In this document: piece by piece, positions 9,821-19,275 of the stretch | Numbering within the stretch: the stretch's first letter is position 1 | Layout: each line of letters starts with the position of its first letter | Assembly: GCA_964542445.1 (NCBI GenBank) | Contig: CAZITY010000002.1 | Coordinates: 30,340 to 87,066 of the forward strand | Length of the DNA: 56,727 nt | From: an uncultured Halobacteriales archaeon | GTDB taxonomy: Archaea; Halobacteriota; Halobacteria; Halobacteriales; Hikarchaeaceae | Reading direction: 5' to 3' | Position numbers and translations under genes: made by a program | Notes under the pieces: generated by a model | The model's database searches: none | Seen by the model: the letters and a program-made list of their open reading frames with translations, nothing else | What the model was told of the DNA's origin: nothing

Positions 9821-11218
9821 ATGCGCAATTCTGATCGACATGACTGTTCCTTCTTATCCGACCTCAAGTTAGACGGCGAAGTTGGATTTTCAGACTCAAT
9901 CAGGGAACAATATAGTGCCGATGCAAGTCCACATCACGCGTCATTCCCTGATGCGGTGGTATGGCCAACAACCCAGGAAGAAACGAGCCAAGTGGTGACA
10001 GCCGCGAACGAAAGAGGTGTTCCCATTGTTCCCTGGGGTGGGGGGTCTGGGCTTGAGGGTAACGCAATCCCTTCACGAGGAGGAATAGTACTCATCACCA
10101 CGGAATTAACGGGCGTTACCGTCCACCCGGAGGATTTACGGGTTGCAGTCGGTCCTGGCGTGATTTATGACTCACTGAACGACGAGTTATCATCGTACGG
10201 TCTCTGGTTCCCACCCGGTATTTCAAGCGGGAATCTCGCCACCATTGGCGGGATGATCGCCACGAATGCAAGTGGATATAATTCGGTAAGGTACGGAGAG
10301 ACTCGTGATCACATACTTCAACTGGAAGTCGTATTACCGGACGGTCAGATCATCACGTGTGGGCGGAACGTCATCAAAACATCATCAGGCTATAGTTTGA
10401 AAGATCTCTTTATTGGCAGTGAAGGCACGCTCGGCGTGGTCACGGAGGCAACGATTGCGCTTACGGGACTCCCTGAACACAAACAGGGCGCGATTGTCCC
10501 ATTTTCTTCTACCGAAGACGCGTCCGAAGCAGTTAGTGACATAATTGGCAGCGGTCTCGTCCCGGGAGCCATCGAGTACGTGGGTGAGACCGCACTCCGA
10601 TTAATCAATTCGTACGCCGGAACGGATTTCACAGAGACCCCGACTTTGTTCATCGAACTACACGCGAGCAACTCAGGGATAACTGAAGATGTTGCTCTGA
10701 CGAAACAAATCTGTGCTGACCATGATTCCAACAATTGGGCGGCAGCCTCACCTGATGCTATGAACGAGTTGTGGGAGGCACGTGACGATGCCTACGATGC
10801 GATCCGGGCCTACCGAGCTGACTGGGAAATCGCGATGGTCGGAGATATCGTCGTCCCAATATCACTATACCCAACAATAGTGAAGCAAGTCTCGACTTTA
10901 AGTACAGAGCTAGACCTGGTCTGTCCCGCACTCGGACACGCCGGTGACGGGAATCTGCATTATGCACCGCTCGTCGATCCAACTGACGACGATATGGTAT
11001 CCCGCGCCACGCAATTAAACGAAGAAATCGTCACTACCGCCATAGAACTCGGCGGTAGCGCAACGGGCGAACACGGTATTGGGACCGGGAAGAAACGATT
11101 CATGGCCGATGAACACGGCCCAAGTCTAGATTTGATGCGTACCCTAAAGCACACGATAGATCCGAACGATATTATGAATCCAGAAAAGATCTTTCCGCCA
11201 ACTGCATCAACCGAATAA
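9821..11218 (+). CDS. FAD-linked oxidase, GlcD/D-lactate dehydrogenase family
   Basis: PWGGGSGLEG, ATIGGMIATNASG, GSEGTLG, HAGDGNLH, GEHGIG and DP..IMNP.K motifs. Confidence 0.92.
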   Translation: MRNSDRHDCSFLSDLKLDGEVGFSDSIREQYSADASPHHASFPDAVVWPTTQEETSQVVTAANERGVPIVPWGGGSGLEGNAIPSRGGIVLITTELTGVTVHPEDLRVAVGPGVIYDSLNDELSSYGLWFPPGISSGNLATIGGMIATNASGYNSVRYGETRDHILQLEVVLPDGQIITCGRNVIKTSSGYSLKDLFIGSEGTLGVVTEATIALTGLPEHKQGAIVPFSSTEDASEAVSDIIGSGLVPGAIEYVGETALRLINSYAGTDFTETPTLFIELHASNSGITEDVALTKQICADHDSNNWAAASPDAMNELWEARDDAYDAIRAYRADWEIAMVGDIVVPISLYPTIVKQVSTLSTELDLVCPALGHAGDGNLHYAPLVDPTDDDMVSRATQLNEEIVTTAIELGGSATGEHGIGTGKKRFMADEHGPSLDLMRTLKHTIDPNDIMNPEKIFPPTASTE

Positions 11219-11249
11219 CCACGATCCCCTCCCTTCTGCCTAGGATTTA

Positions 11250-12326
11250 TCAGAATTCGTCCTCGAACACAAACGCCCCATCCCGCTGGATTACCTCCCC
11301 ATCGACTTCAATAAACGAGTCTTCACTCATGTCAATGATCATATCAACATGCACTGCACTCTCGTTCACCGTGTTTTCCTCACCGACGCAATCGTCATAT
11401 GCCATTCCAACCGCCATATGCACTGTATCACCCATTTTCTCATCGAATAACATATTGTACGTGAACCGATCGATATCCCGATTCATCCCAATCCCTAACT
11501 CGCCCAAATGCCGCGCCCCCTCATCAGTATTCAATACTTCCGTTAACACCTCGTTGTTCTTCTTCGCATGATGATCAACCACAACCCCATCCTCAAATTC
11601 GAGGAAGACATCATCGATTTCGCGGCTCTGATGGTACAACGGTTTATCAAACAACACACTCCCCTCTACTGAATCAACTACCGGCGCCGTAAACACCTCG
11701 CCGCCCGGTAAATTGTGTTCCCCAAAATCATTAATCGGGTTATTCCCCTTAATCGACATCGATATATCGGTTTCTTCACTCACAATCCGCACCGTACCAG
11801 CCGGTTCCAGCAATTCCACCAATTGTTCTTGGTGCTGCCGCTGCTGATCCCAATCCAAATTGATCGCATCCCACACGAAATTCTCATACGCTTCAATACT
11901 CATCTCGGCTAATTGAGCATTCCCAGAGGACGGGTATTGCGTCAAACACCAGCGTTTCGATAATCGTTCCTCACGGATTGGTTTAATCGCCCTCGAATAC
12001 TCTGCTTCCGTCTCAGGTGGAATATCACTCCCTTCAGTAGCATTCACTTCACTCCTGACATGAATCACGGCATCAGTTTCCTCCATTAATGCCAACTCGT
12101 GCGCAGGAGTTTCGAACTCATCTCTCGCTCGCAAATACGCCCGTCGAGCTCGTTGATTCCCGGATACATACACGGGATTGGCTCCTTTGTCACCAAGATA
12201 CTCATGTAACGCTATGACTAAATCCTCAGCAACATGTGGCGCGGCAATTACGACATCATCACCCTCCGTCACCCGCGTTGAGTGATCAACGATTATTTCA
12301 GCATGTTCTCGAATACGCGGATCCAT
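11250..12326 (-). CDS. Aminopeptidase, M29 (AmpS/PepS) family
   Basis: MDPRIREHA start, NLPGGEVFTAP, GELGIG, LFDEKMG.TVHMA.G and S.VHVDM. Confidence 0.92.
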   Translation of the reverse strand: MDPRIREHAEIIVDHSTRVTEGDDVVIAAPHVAEDLVIALHEYLGDKGANPVYVSGNQRARRAYLRARDEFETPAHELALMEETDAVIHVRSEVNATEGSDIPPETEAEYSRAIKPIREERLSKRWCLTQYPSSGNAQLAEMSIEAYENFVWDAINLDWDQQRQHQEQLVELLEPAGTVRIVSEETDISMSIKGNNPINDFGEHNLPGGEVFTAPVVDSVEGSVLFDKPLYHQSREIDDVFLEFEDGVVVDHHAKKNNEVLTEVLNTDEGARHLGELGIGMNRDIDRFTYNMLFDEKMGDTVHMAVGMAYDDCVGEENTVNESAVHVDMIIDMSEDSFIEVDGEVIQRDGAFVFEDEF

Positions 12327-12446
12327 AGCCCTCTTTCCAGGGGAGAAAACCAAACTCCTTTCGATACAAATCCCACAGCGTAAGAGAAACCCCGTCCCAA
12401 AGTAACTCCATCACCAGCCTAACGCGCTCTTATTCCCGACTCGGTG

Positions 12447-12575
12447 TCATTGTTGTCCACGTTCAAATCCTTCCCGGAACCCTTGAATCGCCCGTCTCAC
12501 CATCAACAATAAAAAGAAAAAGAATACAACAAGGAGCACAATTATCCCGATAAAAATAGGATCCGAATATGACAT
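12447..12575 (-). CDS. Small single-pass membrane protein (42 aa)
   Basis: Not in the ORF track: MSYSDPIFIGIIVLLVVFFFFLLLMVRRAIQGFREGFERGQQ; one TM helix then an RR..GFREG tail. Confidence 0.7.
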   Translation of the reverse strand: MSYSDPIFIGIIVLLVVFFFFLLLMVRRAIQGFREGFERGQQ

Positions 12576-12760
12576 GCCCAATCGTGGGTGCTAAACCCAG
12601 AAAATGATTTCCTTCCCGACTACTCAATCTACACATACCAATCTCGACAATTCCAACCGTTCAACTAAAACACTGATTTTACTCTCCCTGACACTCTTTT
12701 ACCAGCCACCACAACCCCTAAATGCGGTTGACAAACCGCACCGCTCCAATCGGCCCTCCC

Positions 12761-13273
12761 CTACATAACGAATTTTCTGAACGGCTCCCCATCCAACCCA
12801 CACAACCGGCCCCGAACTTGCGACCCATGCTTTTCTATAATCCCATACGCCGCCCGAAACTGCCTTGGTACCGCATAACTCCCTGGATTAAACAACCACA
12901 CCTCATCTGTATCAATAATCTGTGGACTATGCGAATGTCCAAACACCACAACATCAGCGTCAACTTCTCGTCCTAACATCTCCAACCCAGTGTGCGAATG
13001 GTTATTCCCATGCACCATCACTAATTTCAATCCAAGTTCAGTTACCGTCACTTGTGCTGGCACCCGGTCACAGACTTCTTTACTATCATTATTCCCATGA
13101 ACCGCGGTAAATTCATGGGACAGTTCCTCGAATTCATCCAAAACAGACTCCGTTAAAAAATCACCCGTATGTAACACCATATCTGCTTGCTTAACATCGG
13201 CTAACACTTCGCCCTCGAGGTTCGCAGAGGACGTTCCATGCGTATCACCAACAACGACCAACACACTTTCCAC
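12761..13273 (-). CDS. Metallophosphoesterase, YfcE/MJ0936 family
   Basis: GDTHG, HTGD, VHGNND, HG, FGHSH and NPGS motifs. Confidence 0.92.
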   Translation of the reverse strand: MESVLVVVGDTHGTSSANLEGEVLADVKQADMVLHTGDFLTESVLDEFEELSHEFTAVHGNNDSKEVCDRVPAQVTVTELGLKLVMVHGNNHSHTGLEMLGREVDADVVVFGHSHSPQIIDTDEVWLFNPGSYAVPRQFRAAYGIIEKHGSQVRGRLCGLDGEPFRKFVM

Positions 13274-13387
13274 AATCTCTCTACCTAGTTGTTAGTCCAT
13301 CGATATCCACCCGACTTCACTCGTCTAGCCACAAACCTACTCCCTAACAACCGTTTGATTACCATCAATCGATCCCTCGACCCTCCG

Positions 13388-13894
13388 TTACACTGGCAGC
13401 GATATGGCTCGAATCTGCTCCCCGTACCTCCCATCCCATAACCAGATTTCATTCACAGTCCACGAAATCGGATCAACATCTCGCTGCAATAACGCTACCG
13501 CCGCCTCTTCCGTTCCGCCTCGAGCAATCGTAATATGCGGCACATACGACGCTCCTTCGAGTTCAGGAACCGCCCCAAATGTATCTGTCAACGCCAAATG
13601 CACTTTTTCTAACCCCGCACTTTCTACTTCCAAATACACCACCGGTGCACTCCCCGACACAGGTTCGCTGAACATCCCGATTCCAGTAACCTGCACGCCA
13701 AACGGTTGCGTCCCACGAAGCGCCATTCGTACCTCAGTTTCAACTGCATCGATACTCCCAGTCACATCCTGTTCAAACCGTTTGCACACCAAGGTATGCC
13801 AGTCGCGTACCTGGTCGAATACCATTAACTCCGGATGTAACTCCGATATCACGCGTTTTACACCACCTCCAATTGGGACATTAACACTTAGCAA
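13388..13894 (-). CDS. 2H phosphoesterase (2'-5' RNA ligase-like) family protein
   Basis: SVNVP near the start, HTLVCK (variant first motif) and YVPHITIAR. Start is uncertain; TTG at 13894 proposed. Confidence 0.8.
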   Translation of the reverse strand: MLSVNVPIGGGVKRVISELHPELMVFDQVRDWHTLVCKRFEQDVTGSIDAVETEVRMALRGTQPFGVQVTGIGMFSEPVSGSAPVVYLEVESAGLEKVHLALTDTFGAVPELEGASYVPHITIARGGTEEAAVALLQRDVDPISWTVNEIWLWDGRYGEQIRAISLPV

Positions 13895-14008
13895 TACGCT
13901 AAACCACTCTATCAAGGTGGATAACAACACCGCTTATCATCCTAAACCAACATCATATAACCCACGCCTCATCTCATCCCCACCTACTGGCTAACTCTCC
14001 TATCCTTC

Positions 14009-14024
14009 CGAAAGGATTTAATAA
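14009..14024 (+). promoter_or_regulatory. BRE/TATA promoter (CGAAAGGA-TTTAATAA) driving the arg leader
   Basis: TATA-like element 23-30 bp upstream of ATG 14047 with a purine-rich BRE, the geometry of a leaderless haloarchaeal transcript. Confidence 0.6.
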
Positions 14025-14046
14025 ACCTCACGGCAAGAACTTAGCA

Positions 14047-14136
14047 ATGAACCGGGCCATTCCGTTAGAGACATTATCATACCGTCTCACTGCGCCCGGT
14101 ATTTTTTCCCGACGAGACCGACCGGGGCTCCATTAG
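14047..14136 (+). other. Candidate arginine leader peptide (uORF, 29 aa) with alternative hairpins
   Basis: MNRAIPLETLSYRLTAPGIFSRRDRPGLH*; CGA CGA GAC CGA near the end; complementary segments described under findings. Confidence 0.5.
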
Positions 14137-14283
14137 CCCCGCCTCCACCTCTTCAACAACTACTGACACCCTCTCGTTTGATACAACCGTATTCGCAATT
14201 CCGCCCCGATAGCCATCGCCCTATAATTTCATTCATTTGATAATACCGTGAGACTTAATTACTAATCTAGTTTTGTCACTGGT

Positions 14284-15507
14284 ATGAGCCGTGTTGCACT
14301 TGCTTTCTCCGGGGGACTCGACACCACCGTCTGCGTCCCGATACTCGAAGAAGAATACGACTACGACGAAGTAATCGGCGTCACCGTCGATGTCGGCCAA
14401 CCCGAAGAAGAATTTCACGAAGCCAAAGAAACCGCAAACGCACTCGACCTCGAACACTACATCGTTGACGAACTCGACACATTCGCTAATCTCTGTCTCA
14501 CGGCCGTCCAAGCCAACGCTACCTACCAAGGCTACCCCCTCGGGACTGCCCTAGCCCGTCCCGTTATCGCCAACGCCATCATCGACATCGCCGAAGAACA
14601 CAACTGTGACGCCCTCGCCCACGGTTGTACCGGCAAAGGAAACGACCAACTCCGCTTCGAAGCTGTTTGGCGCGAAACGGATTTCGACGTTATCGCCCCA
14701 ATCCGCGAACTCGGCTTAACTAGAGAATGGGAACTCGAATTTGCAACCGAACGTAACCTCCCGGTCGAAGGCGGGAATGAAGGCGCATGGAGCATTGATA
14801 CAAACCTCTGGAGCCGCTCAATCGAAGGCGACGACCTCGAAGACCCCGCCTACATCCCGACCGATGACATCTACTCTTGGACCACCGACCCCACGAGTGA
14901 CACGACAGAACTTACGATCACGTTCGACAACGGTATTCCTACCGCCATCGACGGCGACCAACTCGACCCCGTGGCACTTATCGAATACCTAAACGAACTA
15001 GCTGGGTCCTATGGAGTCGGCCGATCAGATCTGATGGAAGACAGGATGCTCGGATTAAAAGTCCGCGAAAACTACGAACACCCAGCCGCGACAACCCTCC
15101 TCGCCGCACACGAGGCGCTCGAGGGCCTCGTCCTCACGAAAGAAGAACGGTCCTTCAAAACACACGTCGACAATACATGGGCAGAAAAAGCCTACGAAGG
15201 ACTGCTCGCTGCTCCACTCGTCTCCGCCTTAGAGGGATTTATCACCACGACCCAACATCGCGTCACCGGCACTGTCACCATCCGACTCGAAGGCGGCCAA
15301 GCACGCCCTGTCGGCCGGGACAGCGACTACGCTGTCTACTCAGAAGCAGCCGCGTCATTCAACACCGAAGACGTAATCGGCGGTATCACTCAAGCCGACG
15401 CCACCGGCGTCGCCAAATACCACGGGTTCCAAGAACGTCTCGCGAATCGCGCGATTAACACCGTTGAATCTGACCTCGAAGCGCTCACAGACGGTGGAAA
15501 CGAATAA
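14284..15507 (+). CDS. argG: Argininosuccinate synthase
   Basis: LAFSGGLDT, HGCTGKGNDQLRF, SIDTNLW.RSIE and GLK.RE.YEHP. Confidence 0.98.
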   Translation: MSRVALAFSGGLDTTVCVPILEEEYDYDEVIGVTVDVGQPEEEFHEAKETANALDLEHYIVDELDTFANLCLTAVQANATYQGYPLGTALARPVIANAIIDIAEEHNCDALAHGCTGKGNDQLRFEAVWRETDFDVIAPIRELGLTREWELEFATERNLPVEGGNEGAWSIDTNLWSRSIEGDDLEDPAYIPTDDIYSWTTDPTSDTTELTITFDNGIPTAIDGDQLDPVALIEYLNELAGSYGVGRSDLMEDRMLGLKVRENYEHPAATTLLAAHEALEGLVLTKEERSFKTHVDNTWAEKAYEGLLAAPLVSALEGFITTTQHRVTGTVTIRLEGGQARPVGRDSDYAVYSEAAASFNTEDVIGGITQADATGVAKYHGFQERLANRAINTVESDLEALTDGGNE

Positions 15508-15510
15508 CCC

Positions 15511-16962
15511 ATGACTGAGGAATCCTCGGATGTCATTCGCCGCGACAAATACGCCGCTGGGCCAGCAAGAGGATTCCTCTCATCTATCGACAGCGACAAC
15601 CGGATATTCGACGCCGATCTTGCTGTCGACAGAGCTCACGTCGTGATGTTAACAGAACAACACATCATTGACGCAGCGGATGCGACTGCTATCCTCTCCG
15701 CACTTGACACAATCGAAACAGCCGGATACGACGCACTACCGACGGGTGAAGATGTCCATGCTGCCATCGAAACAGCCGTCATCAACGAAATCGGGGAACG
15801 CGGCGGCCGGATGCACACAGCGCGGAGTAGAAACGATGAAGTCAGCGCTTGCATCCGGTATCGGTTACGGCAAGATCTCAATACGCTCCTCTCGTCGCTC
15901 ATTCAATTCCGCGAAATCTGCCTTGACAGTGCTAACGAACACATCGAAACCGCCATGCCTGGGTTCACGCATTTGCAACCAGCTCAACCAATCACCGCCG
16001 CCCACTGGTTGTTATCCTATGAACAAGCCCTCCAGCGTGACACATCCCGCCTCTTAGATACCTACGCAAGGGTCAACCAAAGCCCCTTGGGCGCAGCTGC
16101 CTTCGCCGGCACACCGTTCCCCATTGACAGAGAACGAACAGCAGAGCTTCTCGGATTCGATTCCGTGATCACAAACTCCATCGATGCGGTCACCGGTCGG
16201 GACTTCCTCCTCGAAACCGCAAACGCGATAACAATCATTGCTACCACTTTATCAGGACTTGCCGAGGACCTCATTATTTTCTCGAATAAGAATTTCGTTG
16301 AACTTGCGGATGAATTCGCATCAACTTCATCGATTATGCCCCAGAAGAAAAACCCGGACACAATGGAACTTGTCCGCGCCACTACCGGCGACGCGGTCGC
16401 CACTTACACAGGGCTCTCGACTGCATTGAAGGGACTCCCAAGAGCCTACAACCGGGATCTACAACGTGTCACAACATTCATTTGGGGTGGTGTTGACGCG
16501 GTCACTGATGCGCTCGACGTCAGTACTGGCGCTATAAGCACCCTCGAATGGAACGAGGCTGCTCTTCACGCCGCTGCCGATGATGGGTTTTCGACTGCAA
16601 CTGGCGTCGCCGATCAACTGGCTATGGCCGGTATTCCATTTCGGACTGCCCACGAAATTGTCGCTGATGTCCCCGAAAACGAACAGAATTACGCCGGCAT
16701 CGATCGGATCGTCCGAAAAAAAACCGGGCAGGCACTCGACGAGTTTGTGGATGAGGAAACCATCAATCAGGCGCTTGATCCTATGGAAAATATCGCGATG
16801 CGCGACTCGGTTGGCGGCCCTGCCGTTGGCCCGGTTTTAGAAGCGATTGAAACAGCACAAGCGACGGTGGAAACGCACCGAACCACCATTTCCGACGCTC
16901 GAGCAGAATTAGATGGTGCTTCCAATCAGTTAGAAACTGAGGTGAATGAGTATTTGACATGA
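15511..16962 (+). CDS. argH: Argininosuccinate lyase
   Basis: HTARSRND, MPGFTHLQPAQP, SSIMPQKKNPD and YNRDLQ. Confidence 0.98.
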   Translation: MTEESSDVIRRDKYAAGPARGFLSSIDSDNRIFDADLAVDRAHVVMLTEQHIIDAADATAILSALDTIETAGYDALPTGEDVHAAIETAVINEIGERGGRMHTARSRNDEVSACIRYRLRQDLNTLLSSLIQFREICLDSANEHIETAMPGFTHLQPAQPITAAHWLLSYEQALQRDTSRLLDTYARVNQSPLGAAAFAGTPFPIDRERTAELLGFDSVITNSIDAVTGRDFLLETANAITIIATTLSGLAEDLIIFSNKNFVELADEFASTSSIMPQKKNPDTMELVRATTGDAVATYTGLSTALKGLPRAYNRDLQRVTTFIWGGVDAVTDALDVSTGAISTLEWNEAALHAAADDGFSTATGVADQLAMAGIPFRTAHEIVADVPENEQNYAGIDRIVRKKTGQALDEFVDEETINQALDPMENIAMRDSVGGPAVGPVLEAIETAQATVETHRTTISDARAELDGASNQLETEVNEYLT

Positions 16963-16996
16963 TTCCTTGTCGACTCCCGCCCCCTCGACGGGGGAA
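16963..16996 (+). terminator. Hairpin immediately after argH
   Basis: TTCCTTGTCGA...TCGACGGGGGAA stem (GTCGA/TCGAC core extended by G-C and G-U pairs), followed by an AT-rich promoter region. Confidence 0.45.
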
Positions 16997-17115
16997 CTGA
17001 TACCAATTACTTCATAATGTCCAAATATCCGGCGATTAGGCCACTCTATAGTTTAATTTCACCATAAATAATTGGTAAATTTTATATTTATACGGAAATT
17101 ACTAACAGGTACACA

Positions 17116-17289
17116 ATGAGTATAACAGCCGAATGCATCGAATGCGGAGCAGAATTATCGCTCCATGACGACGTGGAAACCGGCGAAATCGTTGACTGTT
17201 CCACGTGTGGTACAGAACTCGAAGTAATCGATGACGATCCCCTAACCCTCGACAACGCTCCAGAACTTGAAGAAGACTGGGGCGAATAA
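17116..17289 (+). CDS. lysW: Amino-group carrier protein ArgW/LysW
   Basis: Not in the ORF track (57 aa): MSITAECIECGAELSLHDDVETGEIVDCSTCGTELEV...APELEEDWGE; two CxxC motifs and the signature C-terminal EDWGE. Confidence 0.97.
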   Translation: MSITAECIECGAELSLHDDVETGEIVDCSTCGTELEVIDDDPLTLDNAPELEEDWGE

Positions 17290-17338
17290 GGGTGGCAACA
17301 CGTAATAGCTTGGAGGTCCTTGACGTGAGGTATCACCT

Positions 17339-18205
17339 ATGAATGTTGGTGTGTTGTATTCCAGAATCAGGAAGGACGAAAAACTCCTTCTTGATGAACT
17401 CAGAGACCGTGGTCACGAAGTGACAAAAATCGATGTCAGACACCAACAATTTGGTCTCGATTCAGGCCCCGAAGAACTCGATGATGTTGACATTGCAATT
17501 GATCGGTGCCTCGCGACTAGCCGGAGCATTTACGTTACGCAATTCGTAGAAGCATACGGTATACCGATCGTCAACACGCCGCAAACCGCACAAGTCTGTG
17601 CAGATAAAGTTCGCTGTAGCCTTGCGCTAGCGAAATATTCCGTACCCACACCACGAACGGAAGTTGCATTCACAAAGGACAGTGCACTCGAAAGTATCGA
17701 ACGGTTCGGGTACCCCTGCGTTCTTAAACCTGTGATCGGCTCGTGGGGCCGGCTCATGGCGAAAATCGACAGCCGGAGCGCCGCTGAAGCAATCCTTGAG
17801 CATAAGGAAACTCTCGGGCATTACGAGCACAAAATCTTCTATATTCAGGAATTTGTCAACAAGCCAGGCAGGGATATTCGGGTTGTCGCTGCTGATGGCG
17901 AGCCAATCGCAGCGATGGCACGGTCATCGGATCATTGGTTGACGAACGCAGCTCGTGGTGCAACAACGACGGGATTCATCGTCAACGAGGAAGTGGACGA
18001 GCTAGTTGAACGGGCCAGCGAAGCCGTGGGTGGCGGGCTGTTAGGTGTTGACCTTATGGAAACAGATGAAGCGTACACGGTCCACGAGGTGAATCACACG
18101 GTTGAATTCAAAGCGCTCAACGACACGACGGATATTGATGTCCCTGCCCGTGTGATTGATTGGCTTGAGGACCGTGCGACTGAAACCGTGGGTGTAACTG
18201 TTTGA
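17339..18205 (+). CDS. argX: Glutamate--LysW ligase ArgX (RimK/LysX ATP-grasp family)
   Basis: KPVIGSWGRL, YIQEFV.KPGRDIR, W.TN.ARG and EVNHTVEFK; follows the carrier-protein gene. Confidence 0.93.
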   Translation: MNVGVLYSRIRKDEKLLLDELRDRGHEVTKIDVRHQQFGLDSGPEELDDVDIAIDRCLATSRSIYVTQFVEAYGIPIVNTPQTAQVCADKVRCSLALAKYSVPTPRTEVAFTKDSALESIERFGYPCVLKPVIGSWGRLMAKIDSRSAAEAILEHKETLGHYEHKIFYIQEFVNKPGRDIRVVAADGEPIAAMARSSDHWLTNAARGATTTGFIVNEEVDELVERASEAVGGGLLGVDLMETDEAYTVHEVNHTVEFKALNDTTDIDVPARVIDWLEDRATETVGVTV

Positions 18206-18228
18206 CCGTTGAAACGATTAGTAATTGA

Positions 18229-19263
18229 ATGAGTTATTCAGCATCGGTTATTGGTGCGAGTGGATTTACTGGCGGAGAACTTCTGAGGTTACTCACGGGC
18301 CACCCGGAATTCGATGTGGTACAAGCGACAAGCCGGTCCTATGAAGGCCGGAGTGTTGGGTATTCTCATCCGAACCTTCGAGAAATCGATTTGCAGTTCT
18401 CGTCCCCAACCGATCTCGATGCAGTCGATGTCATGTTTCTCGCGACCCCCCATGGCGTTTCAATGACTCGGATCGATGAGTTCCGTGAGTGTGCGGAGAC
18501 GGTTATTGATTTGAGTGCTGATTTTCGATTACGAGAAGAGGCGTTGTATGATGAGTATTATGATGGGCATACCCGACCAGAACTCCTTCGGGAAGCAGCG
18601 TATGGACTTCCAGAAGTATCTCGGGACGACATCAGAGACAGTGAGATAATAGCGTGCGGCGGATGTAATGCGACTGCAACGATTCTCGGGTTATTACCGT
18701 TATTTCGCGCTGGGATTCTGACTGATGACAGAATTGTTGTTGATGTGAAAGTTGGGTCGTCTGAGAGCGGTGCGGGCGGGGGGCAAGCGTCTCACCATGC
18801 GGAACGATCAGGGATCGTTCGTCCTTATGCTCCGACGTCCCATCGACATGAAGCAGAAATCGAACAGACGCTTGGGACGTCAGTGTCGTTTACGGTGCAT
18901 GCGGTTGATATGATTCGTGGAGCATCGGCGACGTGTCATGTGTTTCCTGAGCAATTTCCAGAGAAACGGGATGTGTGGGGGGCGTATCGTGAGCAGTATT
19001 CTGATGAACCGTTTGTTCGGTTGATTGGAGCAGGTGGGGGTGTGTATCGGTATCCGGAGCCGAAAGTTGTTGCGGGGACTAATTTGGTTGAGATTTCGTT
19101 TGAGTTTGATGAGAACAACGATCGGATTGTGGTGTTTTCCGCCATTGATAATATGATGAAAGGTTCTGCGGGCCAAGCGGTTCATGCGGCGAATGTATTG
19201 TTCGGATTGACTGAAACGATTGGGCTTGACCATTACGGGTTGCATCCAGTGGGAGCCCCGTGA
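18229..19263 (+). CDS. argC: [LysW]-glutamyl-phosphate reductase (ArgC/LysY)
   Basis: GASGFTGGEL, IDLSADFRL, GGCNAT and IDNMMKGSAGQA. Confidence 0.95.
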   Translation: MSYSASVIGASGFTGGELLRLLTGHPEFDVVQATSRSYEGRSVGYSHPNLREIDLQFSSPTDLDAVDVMFLATPHGVSMTRIDEFRECAETVIDLSADFRLREEALYDEYYDGHTRPELLREAAYGLPEVSRDDIRDSEIIACGGCNATATILGLLPLFRAGILTDDRIVVDVKVGSSESGAGGGQASHHAERSGIVRPYAPTSHRHEAEIEQTLGTSVSFTVHAVDMIRGASATCHVFPEQFPEKRDVWGAYREQYSDEPFVRLIGAGGGVYRYPEPKVVAGTNLVEISFEFDENNDRIVVFSAIDNMMKGSAGQAVHAANVLFGLTETIGLDHYGLHPVGAP

Positions 19264-19275
19264 TCTATTAGGAAT

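Noticed and set aside
9690-11218. tRNA-Arg as an integration site for the downstream oxidase gene
   Set aside because: No duplicate of the tRNA 3' end and no integrase seen in the window.
17299-17338. Short stems (CACGT/ACGTG, AGGT/ACCT) around the argX ribosome-binding site
   Set aside because: Stems of 4-5 bp are expected by chance and are too weak to call translational control.
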